This document shows, in pieces, positions 1-9,559 of a stretch of 64,000 nt of DNA. Below the pieces are notes generated by a model. The model did not search any database and was not told the origin of the DNA. It worked only from the letters and a program-made list of their open reading frames with translations. The stretch lies in IMG/VR virus record IMGVR_UViG_3300023179_009086, positions 12,607 to 76,606 of that record; one strand, given 5' to 3'. The position numbers were made by a program, and so were the translations under genes. Each line of letters starts with the position of its first letter. The stretch's first letter is position 1. Source of the DNA: a virus.

Positions 1-360
1 TTCTTTAAAAGAAATAGAAAGATCATCTTCATTATCATGATGTTTTTTACCCAATAATGATCTTGGTATATTTAAAAATGTTTCAGAATAAGAAATTCCA
101 TTTTCTGGAAAAAATTCTTCAATATATTCTTCTTTTTCAGGAGGATTTTCTTCAGAAATATGTTTAATATTTTTTTCTTTTATTTTATTAGAATTTTCAA
201 TTTTAACAAAATTGACTTTATTTTTAAATAATAAATATAATTCTCCATTTTTATTTAAAATAATTTTATCAGAATCCTGACTAGCAACAAGGCCAGAAAT
301 TTCCCATCCGCCGTCTAGAAAGAAAGACGCATATTTACCAACTAAATTTGTGTTTGACAT
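1..360 (-). CDS. Sm/Hfq-like fold protein, 3' end beyond left edge (not in ORF track)
   Basis: ATG at 360 overlaps the upstream stop (TAATG) and the frame is open to position 1. Hand translation MSNTNLVGKYASFFLDGGWEISGLVASQDSDKIILNKNGELYLLFKNKVNFVKI follows the Hfq Sm1/Sm2 pattern, then an acidic tail. Confidence 0.6.
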   Translation of the reverse strand, partial: MSNTNLVGKYASFFLDGGWEISGLVASQDSDKIILNKNGELYLLFKNKVNFVKIENSNKIKEKNIKHISEENPPEKEEYIEEFFPENGISYSETFLNIPRSLLGKKHHDNEDDLSISFKE

Positions 361-959
361 TATATAATCTCCATATTTTTTGCTTTAGAAATTACCAAAA
401 ATTCTATTGAGTCCATTGGTAATTTATAATTTTCAATATACTTTTCTAAAATTTTTAAATCACTAATTTCATCAATTTGATGTTTTTCAAAAATTTCTGG
501 ATAATCTTTTTTAATTATTGAAAGAAATATTTCCAATTTATTTTTATCAGAATTTTTTTGTAAATAAAAAGAATACATTCTTTCAAATTCGTTCATCATT
601 GATGGCATTAAAAATAAATTTGTTCCAGTTACAGATTTATCACCACTTCTAAATTTATAATCAAACATCCAATTAATATAATTATATATTTTATTGATTA
701 CTTTTCCTTTGGCTTCTAATTTTAGAAGAGGTGAAAGATCCTCATAGTTTTCTGGTGCAAATGTCTTAAATAATTTTGCAAAATCACGACTTTCTTTTCC
801 CTTTCCAGGATCATCTTTCCATCTAACAAGTCTAAATCTTACCCCATTTTTTTGTTCATATTTATGACAAAAATACGCCATAAGCGTAATATGATTCCAT
901 TTTGAACGTTCTTTTTCTATCCATTCTGGAATCATTACATAAAATTCTTCTTGGGTCAT
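360..959 (-). CDS. hypothetical phage protein (~199 aa)
   Basis: ORF track gives 360..1025. A better start is ATG at 959 (MTQEEF) with AGGAG 5 nt upstream. No motif recognised. Confidence 0.75.
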   Translation of the reverse strand: MTQEEFYVMIPEWIEKERSKWNHITLMAYFCHKYEQKNGVRFRLVRWKDDPGKGKESRDFAKLFKTFAPENYEDLSPLLKLEAKGKVINKIYNYINWMFDYKFRSGDKSVTGTNLFLMPSMMNEFERMYSFYLQKNSDKNKLEIFLSIIKKDYPEIFEKHQIDEISDLKILEKYIENYKLPMDSIEFLVISKAKNMEII

Positions 960-1051
960 AGAACTCCTTCTGCAGGGATAGCTACAGTTGTAGAAACTTT
1001 TTACTGCATAAGCAAAAATAACCACAGGATGGTAAACGAATTATTTTTTTA

Positions 1052-2581
1052 TTATGTCCATTTAACTGGTTTTCTATCTGGATAAGATAAAATCTCTTTT
1101 TTTGGCATTAAAATTTTAAAAGCAGGCTCACTTTCATAAATTTTAATTCTAGATTCAGAATGATCTTTTAAATACTTACAATTATCATAAAAATCAACAA
1201 TTATTGCTTTCTCTTTTCCTTTTGCTAGTCTAATAACTCTACCTATTCTTTGTAGGGCTCTACCGCTTGACTTTCCTGAGCCAGCCAAAACTAGTGCATC
1301 AAGTTCTGGTATATCTACGCCTTGATCAAAAATTTTTGAGGCAACAAGAACTTCAATTTTTCCATCCTTCATATCTTGAATAGTTTCCAACCTATTTTTT
1401 GTAGATTTTGCGCCATCTAAAAATTTTGCATTGATTCCATCTTCAGATAATAAATCCATAATTTTTTTACCGTGATTAACTCTAACCACTAAAATTAAAA
1501 TTTTCTTGCCTGCAGATAATAATTTTTTTGTTGCTTTTAAAATTAAAGCATTCCTATCATCATTTTCTACAATATATTTTGTATATATTTGAGGATAATT
1601 TGTTCCAACATTTCTTATTACTGGAACATTAAAAAAATGAATTTCTGGAGGAATCAAAAATCCTTTCTTAATTAATTTCGTTGCATTTAAATCATAAATT
1701 TTCTTGCCAGCCACTGCTTCAATCAAGATATCATCTCCAGTATCTCTCCATGGAGTTCCAGATAATAAAAATCTATGTTTAGCAGAAATACTAGCTTTAT
1801 GAATAAATTGTAATGTTTCCGAAGCAGCATATTGGCATTCATCAAAAATAAATAATTGTGCTTCTTCTACTTTTTTTCTAATTTCTAACTTGGTAGACGA
1901 TTTTAAAGATATATTTTTTTCTTCTGTTAAATCATTGTCTTCTATTTTTGCTTCTTTATCAAAGGCTGCGGCAGCAGACCAAATTGTCATAATGGTAATT
2001 TGATGACCTAATTCACAAATTCCACCTCCCACAATTCCACAGGTAATTCCGTATGCACTTTCTATAGTATTTTTCATTTGATAAAGTAATTCAATACCTA
2101 TTACATAAATAACAGTTGGAATATTATATTGCGCTGCCAAGCTAGCTATTATTAGACTTTTTCCACCACCGGTGGCAACACGAATTATTCCAGAACCATT
2201 TTCCTTAGCAGCATCTAGGGCTGCCCTTTGATATTCTCTAATCTCAAATTTAGAAGTATCAAGTATTAGTGGTGGTCCATATTTTAGAATTGGTCTATGG
2301 TCTTCTACAGAATATTGTATTTTTTCTTCATCCAATATTTCTTTAACTCTAGTTAAAAACCCAACTGGAAATTTCTGAGACTGACTAAATAATCTTATTT
2401 TGCCATCCCAACCGCCCATCTTCCCAGAAAGACCATAGCCACCTCGTCCACCAGTCATAAACTGGTATCCAGGGTGGCTATAGCTTAAAGATTCATCTAA
2501 TTTTTGAAAAAGATTTAAACTTAATTGTCCATCAATTTTTATAAAAGTATTGTAAATTTTTAAAGTTAACATAATTTCCAT
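1052..2581 (-). CDS. superfamily 2 DNA helicase, UvsW/XPB-like
   Basis: Walker A ATGGGKS, DECQ, SGT, FDQGVDIP and QRIGRVIR motifs. N-terminal WDGKIRLF segment is typical of UvsW-like phage helicases. Confidence 0.9.
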   Translation of the reverse strand: MEIMLTLKIYNTFIKIDGQLSLNLFQKLDESLSYSHPGYQFMTGGRGGYGLSGKMGGWDGKIRLFSQSQKFPVGFLTRVKEILDEEKIQYSVEDHRPILKYGPPLILDTSKFEIREYQRAALDAAKENGSGIIRVATGGGKSLIIASLAAQYNIPTVIYVIGIELLYQMKNTIESAYGITCGIVGGGICELGHQITIMTIWSAAAAFDKEAKIEDNDLTEEKNISLKSSTKLEIRKKVEEAQLFIFDECQYAASETLQFIHKASISAKHRFLLSGTPWRDTGDDILIEAVAGKKIYDLNATKLIKKGFLIPPEIHFFNVPVIRNVGTNYPQIYTKYIVENDDRNALILKATKKLLSAGKKILILVVRVNHGKKIMDLLSEDGINAKFLDGAKSTKNRLETIQDMKDGKIEVLVASKIFDQGVDIPELDALVLAGSGKSSGRALQRIGRVIRLAKGKEKAIIVDFYDNCKYLKDHSESRIKIYESEPAFKILMPKKEILSYPDRKPVKWT

Positions 2582-2608
2582 TTATTTTTATATTCATATT
2601 CATGATAT

Positions 2609-2637
2609 ATTATAAACAGAAATTAATTTTGTGACAA
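2609..2637 (-). promoter_or_regulatory. sigma70-type promoter TTGTCA-N17-TATAAT
   Basis: Minus strand reads TTGTCA caaaattaatttctgtt TATAAT in the tubulin-helicase intergenic gap; 17-nt spacer counted. Confidence 0.7.
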
Positions 2638-2642
2638 CTATT

Positions 2643-4001
2643 CTAGCGTTTTCTCCTCATATCAATGAGGGAATTTTGAGAACTTCCTGTAACTTGAAGT
2701 CTATTAAAACCAGAATTTTTTCTTTGAATTTTTTTATGAATCTCACTAGCAACATTAGCTACTGCATCATCTTCAAGTGACATACTCATAGCCTTTACTC
2801 TATCTTTTTCTTTTTGAGAAGAAACTGCAGATTGAGCTTTACTTTCTTCTTTTAAAGTTTCTATTCTAGATTTAGGGAGTCCTAATCCAGCAAACCAGCT
2901 ATAGATTTTAACAGAATCTGTTTCAGATTCAACATCATAAATACCCTGAAATATAAAGGCGCCCTTTGTTTGTTCAGAAATCATATGAAAACAATAATTA
3001 ATATTAATGGCTGGAAGTTTATCTAAAACTTCTTTAGAACCAGTAATAATAACTCCACCCACCCTTGTTTGAGTTAAATCAAAACCTTCAGCTAGCATGT
3101 TAGAATTTAAACTATCAATAACTGATTCAGCTAGGGCGGTCTCATTCATATAATCTTCAACTTCAATGACACCATAAACAGAACAATCTCCTGCAGAAAC
3201 AATCTTCCCGAAATCACTTGGATCCAGAGAAGTAAATCTTGATGGTCTAGAAGTTAAATGGTTAAAGACATCAATAGGTTCAACGATAGCTCTATTGGAG
3301 GCCTCCCAGAATTTAGCCTGGGATAGATTTGCATAAATAGCCTCTATTCTAGCATTATCAACAACAACTAAAGAAGCAATAACATTGGCCGAGGAAAGTT
3401 TGGCTAACTTAGAAAGAGTTTCAAGGGAATTCTTTTTAGACTGAGAATCCTCTGTAGCTTTTGGCAATACATAAATAACTCCAACCGGAGTTCCAAACTC
3501 ATATAACATAGGTACCATAGTTTCAACAGAGGAAGATCCAGTTCCTCCGCCACCAGAAACAGCTAGGTAAACCATATTATTGCCTTCAATAATTTTTCTA
3601 GAGAATTCTGTAATCTCATCCAGAGATGAAGCAAAAATCTCTCGACCCAATTCAAGATCTTTTCCGGTTCCGCCAAGAGTTCCGGTTAACAGAAGTTTGT
3701 TATGGGGAAGCACATCAATATATTCAAGATCTTGAGAAGAAGTGTTTATAACTCCAGCATCATAACCTAGCTTGTGAAAAACTTCGGCAATTCTAGAACC
3801 AGCCTGGCCGACACCTATTACGGCCATTTCAATAGCCACACTTCTTTTAGCAACGACTTTTGGCACTTCTTCCTCCACTTTCTTTTCTAATCTTCCTCTA
3901 AGTTTTTGTAAAGTAGCAGCATCTAAAGCAGATTTATTTAATGCAGATGTTAACTTATCATTTTCTTCTTTTATTTCTTCTTTTGTTTTATTTTGTTCCA
4001 T
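2643..4001 (-). CDS. tubulin/FtsZ-superfamily GTPase (phage tubulin, CetZ/TubZ/PhuZ-like)
   Basis: VIGVGQAG (T1), GTGKD, GGGGTGSS (T4 signature), VVDN, LDPSD (T7-like). Probable start ATG 4001 with GAGG upstream (track start 4037). Confidence 0.9.
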   Translation of the reverse strand: MEQNKTKEEIKEENDKLTSALNKSALDAATLQKLRGRLEKKVEEEVPKVVAKRSVAIEMAVIGVGQAGSRIAEVFHKLGYDAGVINTSSQDLEYIDVLPHNKLLLTGTLGGTGKDLELGREIFASSLDEITEFSRKIIEGNNMVYLAVSGGGGTGSSSVETMVPMLYEFGTPVGVIYVLPKATEDSQSKKNSLETLSKLAKLSSANVIASLVVVDNARIEAIYANLSQAKFWEASNRAIVEPIDVFNHLTSRPSRFTSLDPSDFGKIVSAGDCSVYGVIEVEDYMNETALAESVIDSLNSNMLAEGFDLTQTRVGGVIITGSKEVLDKLPAININYCFHMISEQTKGAFIFQGIYDVESETDSVKIYSWFAGLGLPKSRIETLKEESKAQSAVSSQKEKDRVKAMSMSLEDDAVANVASEIHKKIQRKNSGFNRLQVTGSSQNSLIDMRRKR

Positions 4002-4941
4002 AAAAATCCTCACAATATTTATTGATTTGTTCTGCAATTGCAGATGGTTCTATAACTGCAAACGGAATTAAAGAATCAGACTGATTATACCCAGAAACTC
4101 TACATAAGTAGTTTGAATGCTCTTTCATCGGCTCAACATTAGAGGTAATAATATCACATCCAATTTTTTTAGCTTCAAAAAAACACATACCAAGACCCTC
4201 CCTAGTTGAGGGGGCAATAATACAATCTGCTTCAGCATATGCATCATGAATTTCTTGCCTAGAAATTTTTTGACCAATAAAAGTTATTCTTTTATCTTTT
4301 ACTTCCATATTTTTGAGTCCAGAAATAATTAATCTAACTTTTTGAAAAGAAACTAATGAAAAAGAGTTAATAACAGCAGGTGTATTTTTTTGATTAATTT
4401 CAGAATTAGATCCAGGATGATAAAAAGTTATTATATCTTTTTTTTCTTTTTTTATCTTGGAAAAATTAGGACAAAAATCCCAAGTTATTTTTTTTGCATT
4501 TGAAAAATTTTTAAATAGAAAAAATGTTTGATCTGTTAAACAATATACTTCAGAAAATTTTTTATATTTATTTTGATAAAGATCAGTTTTCATTGACCAT
4601 TCGGGCATAGGAATGTCTATTACCTGCACTCCTATCTTAGAAATAGCCTCTACCCAATGAGAATCTTTTATAAAAGTTTCAAACGAAAATATTTTTTTAA
4701 TATTATATTTTTTAATATAAGAAATAAGTTGTAAACTATAAGAAATATCACTATTAAATAATAAAAAATTATTCATTTCACTTTTAAAGTGTCCGGTCCA
4801 TTTATTATTAACATAAATAAAACTTTTCTTAGGAATCATAAAAACTTGATTTCCTAATTGTTCTTGATAAATTTTAAAAGATTCAGCAAGATAATATAAA
4901 CCAGAAATAAATGGATATGTAATTACACCAATATTTTCCAT
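3988..4941 (-). CDS. glycosyltransferase, GT-B/GT4-like
   Basis: C-terminal PSTREGLGMCFFEA (EX7E) motif. Confidence 0.8.
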   Translation of the reverse strand: MENIGVITYPFISGLYYLAESFKIYQEQLGNQVFMIPKKSFIYVNNKWTGHFKSEMNNFLLFNSDISYSLQLISYIKKYNIKKIFSFETFIKDSHWVEAISKIGVQVIDIPMPEWSMKTDLYQNKYKKFSEVYCLTDQTFFLFKNFSNAKKITWDFCPNFSKIKKEKKDIITFYHPGSNSEINQKNTPAVINSFSLVSFQKVRLIISGLKNMEVKDKRITFIGQKISRQEIHDAYAEADCIIAPSTREGLGMCFFEAKKIGCDIITSNVEPMKEHSNYLCRVSGYNQSDSLIPFAVIEPSAIAEQINKYCEDFYGTK

Positions 4942-5636
4942 TATTGTTTCATTCTTTTTATAGAATCTTGTTTAATTTTTTCTACATTAGTTAATAATAA
5001 ATTAAGATTTTTTGGATTAGAAGTCAAAGAAACTTTATTAATAGTATCTCTATGATAAAGATACAATGGATCATGAATATAATTAATTTTATATTTTTCA
5101 ACAATTCTCAACCAAAGATCATAGTCTTCTGCTAAAAGATAACTTTCATTAAAGTTACCAACTTCTTCCAAAATTTTTCTCTTGACCATGACAGATCCGG
5201 AAGCTACAAAGTTATTTTTAATCATATTATCATATGAGATATCTATTTCTTTTTTATAGAAAGGACTAGTAATTGTTATTCTATTAATCCAGAATCTATA
5301 ATTCCCACAGACCATGGCCGCATCATTTTGCATTAAACTATTTAAACTAGCTAGAATTCTTCCTGGTAACATAGCATCATCTGCATCAAGAAAAGCAATA
5401 TACTCTGATGAACTATTTTTGATTCCCAAATTTCTAGCAGCAGCCGGACCTGAATTAGTATCAGTTTTTAAAAAATTAATTCCATATTTCATTGCAATTT
5501 TTTCAGGAGAATCTGAAGAGCAATCATCTATTAAATAGATATTTTTTTTTAAAATACCTTGTTTTAAGCAACTATTTAAAGCTGCTTCTAAATATTTTGT
5601 TTGATTAAAAATTGGAATAATTACATCAACATTCAT
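4941..5636 (-). CDS. glycosyltransferase family 2 (GT-A)
   Basis: VIIPIFN, IDDCSSD, NSGPAAARN, FLDADD and EDYDLWLR motifs. Confidence 0.92.
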   Translation of the reverse strand: MNVDVIIPIFNQTKYLEAALNSCLKQGILKKNIYLIDDCSSDSPEKIAMKYGINFLKTDTNSGPAAARNLGIKNSSSEYIAFLDADDAMLPGRILASLNSLMQNDAAMVCGNYRFWINRITITSPFYKKEIDISYDNMIKNNFVASGSVMVKRKILEEVGNFNESYLLAEDYDLWLRIVEKYKINYIHDPLYLYHRDTINKVSLTSNPKNLNLLLTNVEKIKQDSIKRMKQ

Positions 5637-6537
5637 TTAACAACCATAAATAATAATCTGATAATGTTTCTTTTTTAAAATTGCTAAGAATAAATTCCCT
5701 AGCTCCCAAGGACAAATCTTCCCTTAATTTTTCATCTCTCAAAATTATTTCCGAGGCCCTACTTAATTCTTCAATATTTTTATTTACAATAATTCCTGTC
5801 TGATAATGAATACCCATCATAAAAACCCTAGGATGTGTAACCACTGGTACACCTGCAGCTAATTGCTCTAGTACTGCTTCAGATTTAGTTTCCGACAAGC
5901 TAGTACAGACATATCCTGCGTAACTACTAGCTACCTCTACATGTTCCATGTATCTATATGGAATAGGATATCCTAACAAATCTAGCTTGTCAACAATTTT
6001 TTTTCTTAACTCCAGTGCCGTATTTAAATCTTTTGAGTCATGGGAGGAATTTCCTTTCCATAAAATTTTATGGATTTTTTTTTCTTTAGGAGTCCAAAGG
6101 TCATAATCTGGTCCTGTCATAAATTCTTCAATTCTATAATTTAAATATTTTTTTAATTTATATTTAATTTCTTTATTAACAACTAAGATAAGATCTGGAT
6201 GTATATCTTTACAAAGTTTAATTTCTTTTTTTGGATCAGTTCCGTCAAACAAATTAGGACCCAAAATAATTTTTTTACCTTTTTGTTTTTCTTGTTTGAC
6301 AATAAACAAAAATTCTTCTGTTAAACCGCTCCACCAATGGACGTAATTATTAGTTTTAAAATTATATTCTTTAATATTTTTAATATTAACATTATTAATA
6401 TCAGTTTGTAACTTTGTAAAAATATTAAAATTTACTTTACAAAATTTTGTAAAGTTCCAGCAGCTTATGCCTGGCCCATTAGTAAAATTTCCATATCCAT
6501 AATTAAAAACTAAAAGATTAACATCTTCCATATTCAT
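5626..6537 (-). CDS. glycosyltransferase, GT-B/GT4-like
   Basis: SLSETKSEAVLEQLAAGVPVV (EX7E) followed by TGIIV. Confidence 0.78.
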   Translation of the reverse strand: MNMEDVNLLVFNYGYGNFTNGPGISCWNFTKFCKVNFNIFTKLQTDINNVNIKNIKEYNFKTNNYVHWWSGLTEEFLFIVKQEKQKGKKIILGPNLFDGTDPKKEIKLCKDIHPDLILVVNKEIKYKLKKYLNYRIEEFMTGPDYDLWTPKEKKIHKILWKGNSSHDSKDLNTALELRKKIVDKLDLLGYPIPYRYMEHVEVASSYAGYVCTSLSETKSEAVLEQLAAGVPVVTHPRVFMMGIHYQTGIIVNKNIEELSRASEIILRDEKLREDLSLGAREFILSNFKKETLSDYYLWLLNEC

Positions 6538-6901
6538 CTTCTAATCTAACAACATCATCTAAATGATCAGTTGATGTTTCTATAATTTTAACGTCTTCAT
6601 TTTCTGCATAAAAACGATGAATTAAATTAGCTTCTATATGAAATGAAGAACCTTCTATTAAATGATAATAATTTTCTATATTATTTTTTAATATCATTAA
6701 AGTTAATGAACCAGAATCTATATAAATAGTTTCTTCTTTAATTTTATGAAATTGTTTGGATGTTTTATGTCCTTTTTTTATAAAAAGAATTTTAGAAACA
6801 TATCCGGCTTCTTTACTATGCGCCCAAATAATCTCATAACCCCAAGGTTTTTCTATTTTTATTGTATTAAAATGTTGTTCAGGATAATGATGATAAATCA
6901 T
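6518..6901 (-). CDS. cupin protein, mannose-6-phosphate isomerase type II C-terminal-like
   Basis: KPWGYE, SKQFH..KEET, IHRF and DDVVRLEDEYG match the ManC/PMI cupin pattern. Confidence 0.8.
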   Translation of the reverse strand: MIYHHYPEQHFNTIKIEKPWGYEIIWAHSKEAGYVSKILFIKKGHKTSKQFHKIKEETIYIDSGSLTLMILKNNIENYYHLIEGSSFHIEANLIHRFYAENEDVKIIETSTDHLDDVVRLEDEYGRC

Positions 6902-7850
6902 GTAGATACATCTCTTCTAATAACATTTTCCAATTATATTCTGGTTTCCAACCTAATTTTTTTCTAGCTTTTTCAGCATTTCCAAGTAGATAAGAGACGT
7001 CTGATGGTCTCATAAATTTTTGATCTTGTTCATAAACATCTTCAAATTTTAAATCTGCAATAGTACAAACGTATTTTAACATTTCTTCTATTGTAGCTCC
7101 GGCTCCGGTGGCTATGATAAAATCATCAGGCTCTTCTTGCTGAAGCATTAAGTGCATCGCTTTACAATAATCCTTGGCATGACCTTCATCTCTGAAAGCA
7201 TTTAAATTTCCCATTTTTATTTTTTGTTCTTTTCCTACTTTTATTTTTGCAATACCACTAGTAATTTTTCTAGTGGCAAAATCAAAACCCCTTCTAGGAG
7301 AGCTGTGATTGTGAAGAATACCATTACAAGCAAATAAATTATAAGACTTTCTATAATTAATTACTGACCAGTAAGCTGCTAATTTTGAAATAGCATAAGG
7401 TGACATAGGATTCATTATATTTGTTTCTATAAAACCATTTTCAGGACAAATAGATGATCCAAATAACTCTGAAGTAGAAGCTTGATAGTATCTTGTATAT
7501 GGAGAAATATTTCTAATTAATTCTAATTGATTAATTACCGCTTCTCCATTAATACGAAAAGAATATGTTGGTTCTATAAAAGACTGACCTACATGAGACA
7601 TTGCTGCAAGATTATACCACTCATGTGGTTTGTAATGATGCAAAATTCTGCAAATAAAAGTAGAATCAGTAATATCACCAATTAATAATTTAAAATTATT
7701 ATTATCAATAATTTGATTTAAATTATCTAATTCGTTTTTTGTACTTATTCTTCTAGTAATTCCTATAACTTTATAACCTAAAGATATAAGATGTTCTGAT
7801 AAATAAGATCCATCTTGTCCGGCAACACCAGTTATTACTGCTATTAACAT
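6879..7850 (-). CDS. gmd: GDP-mannose 4,6-dehydratase
   Basis: ITGVAGQDGSYL, NLAAMSHV, QASTSELFG, SPYAISK, TRKIT and GNL..FRD.G motifs. Confidence 0.95.
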   Translation of the reverse strand: MLIAVITGVAGQDGSYLSEHLISLGYKVIGITRRISTKNELDNLNQIIDNNNFKLLIGDITDSTFICRILHHYKPHEWYNLAAMSHVGQSFIEPTYSFRINGEAVINQLELIRNISPYTRYYQASTSELFGSSICPENGFIETNIMNPMSPYAISKLAAYWSVINYRKSYNLFACNGILHNHSSPRRGFDFATRKITSGIAKIKVGKEQKIKMGNLNAFRDEGHAKDYCKAMHLMLQQEEPDDFIIATGAGATIEEMLKYVCTIADLKFEDVYEQDQKFMRPSDVSYLLGNAEKARKKLGWKPEYNWKMLLEEMYLHDLSSLS

Positions 7851-7883
7851 ATTTTTCTCTATTTTATTTTACTTAAAAATTAT

Positions 7884-7917
7884 AAAAAAAGCAGCTAGTT
7901 CAAATTAGCTGCTTTTT
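7884..7917 (-). terminator. intrinsic terminator after the endonuclease-like gene (possibly bidirectional)
   Basis: GCAGCTA...TAGCTGC stem flanked by A7 (a U7 tail on the minus strand) and T5. Confidence 0.8.
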
Positions 7918-7925
7918 AAAAATTA

Positions 7926-9509
7926 TTAAATTATTTTTTTATACAATCTTTGTCCAGCATCATATATTTTTGTCCATTTTAATTCTTCTGCATATTCTTT
8001 TTCAGATAAACATCTGGAATCCATATTTGCTCTACAAGCAAGTCGATTATATGTTGCTTTATTATCGGTCCATTTCCAACTCAAAATATCATGATCCTTT
8101 TTAAATCCATGTTGGAGAAGAAAGCTTCCAACTCCATATCTAAGATCTACCCAATAATGAATTTCATTATATTTGCCAAATAATTTTTTTTCAAGATATG
8201 ATAAGAGTTTGGAAAAGCCTCCAACAACTACTGTATTTAGTGCTGATGAGAGTCTTTCTATTATCAATTTCTTTCCTACAACTCTATATGAGAGACAAGT
8301 CAAAATTTCATTATTATATTTTAAACATATATTTTTATATTTTCCACTTCCAGGTCCCATTAGATGGGTTCTTTCATAAAATGCTGATGCATCAGCAGAA
8401 TTAATAATTTCTATTTTTGTTTTTCTTGCAAAAATTTTATTAGAAGTTTTTCCCAAAGAATTATCAACTATTGATTTAATTATATCAATCTTTGTCTCTA
8501 TTTCATCAGATCTAAATTGAAAAATTCTAAAATTAAATAATTCATATTTTTCTCTCATAGAAAAATGATAATTCTTATTTTTAACTACATTATCTGAATG
8601 CCAATATAAACCATCGGCATTCAGATAATGTGATTCAGAAAGTTTAAAATCAGGTCTATAATTAATAATATCTTTATCTATTTCATTTATTTTTTTATTC
8701 CATTTTTGAATTCCAAAGGTATTTTCTATAATTTTTTCTATATTAGTTTTTGAAAAAATAAAATTAGAAATAAAATTATTAATATCTTCATCTGTATAAT
8801 TTTCTTTATTTCTAATCCAATGACTAAACCAATATAGTGAAATATTAAATGTTTTAGAGAATTCAATTTTAGAATAAAATTTACCTTTATAATTTACTCC
8901 ATATTTTTCCGCATATTTTTTTTTAGATTTATTTGCAATTTCTTTATTCATAGCAGGAGCAATTGCACCATATTTTTGGATATTTGTTTCTTCTACTTTT
9001 TTTCTAATTTCAGGAAGAGACATTACCCATTCAACGCCATATTTCTTTAAATAAGTTTCTTTTTGCTTTGAAATTGCTAGATCTGATGCAGAAGCATGTT
9101 CAACACCATATCTTTCTAAAGATGTTTGTTTAAACTTTTCTTTTATTTCTTCACTTTGTAGTGGACTGTTTACCCCATATGAATCAAAAAGAGATTTTTC
9201 TTGTTTTTGTTTAAACTCATCAATCTGCATTGCATTTTCTGAGCCATACTTTTCTTTCATAGTTGATTTTAATTTTAAAATTCTAGTTTCATCTACTTTT
9301 TTAGCATTTTCTTTAGATCTTTTTAAATTAAATTTTTTTACATATTTGGCAATAACATTGATAGATGAATCAACTTCTTCAGCAATTTCTTTTAGAGTTT
9401 TATTTTCAATTATATACTTCTCTTCAAGCCAATGCTTATCTCTATAAGGTGGACTATAGTTTTTACCAAATCTAAAAGTTTCTAGTCTTCTATCTTTTTT
9501 CTCTTCCAT
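7926..9509 (-). mobile_element. free-standing homing-endonuclease-like gene (HTH + KYG repeats + Vsr/EDxHD-like nuclease + C-terminal GNAT/Mom-like domain)
   Basis: N-terminal HTH-like helices, ~6 repeats of K..YGV...., PDF...DGLYWHS nuclease motif and ARK...F....HL.G...VVGGFSKLL domain. Sits between glmS and gmd with its own terminator. Confidence 0.7.
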
Positions 9510-9559
9510 AGGAGTGCCCCCTTAGGATAATTATATCCTTCCTGCAGGAAAGTACCACT

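Noticed and set aside
960-1050. Possible structured leader (TGCAG/CTGCA enclosing CTACA/TGTAG) and CCTGCAG-AAGGA similarity to 9537-9549
   Set aside because: Stems are short and there are only two imperfect copies; compatible with chance.
6879-7850. gmd as a pseudogene because of NHSSPRRG and RDEG deviations
   Set aside because: ORF is intact and keeps the cofactor-binding and catalytic T/E/Y/K residues.
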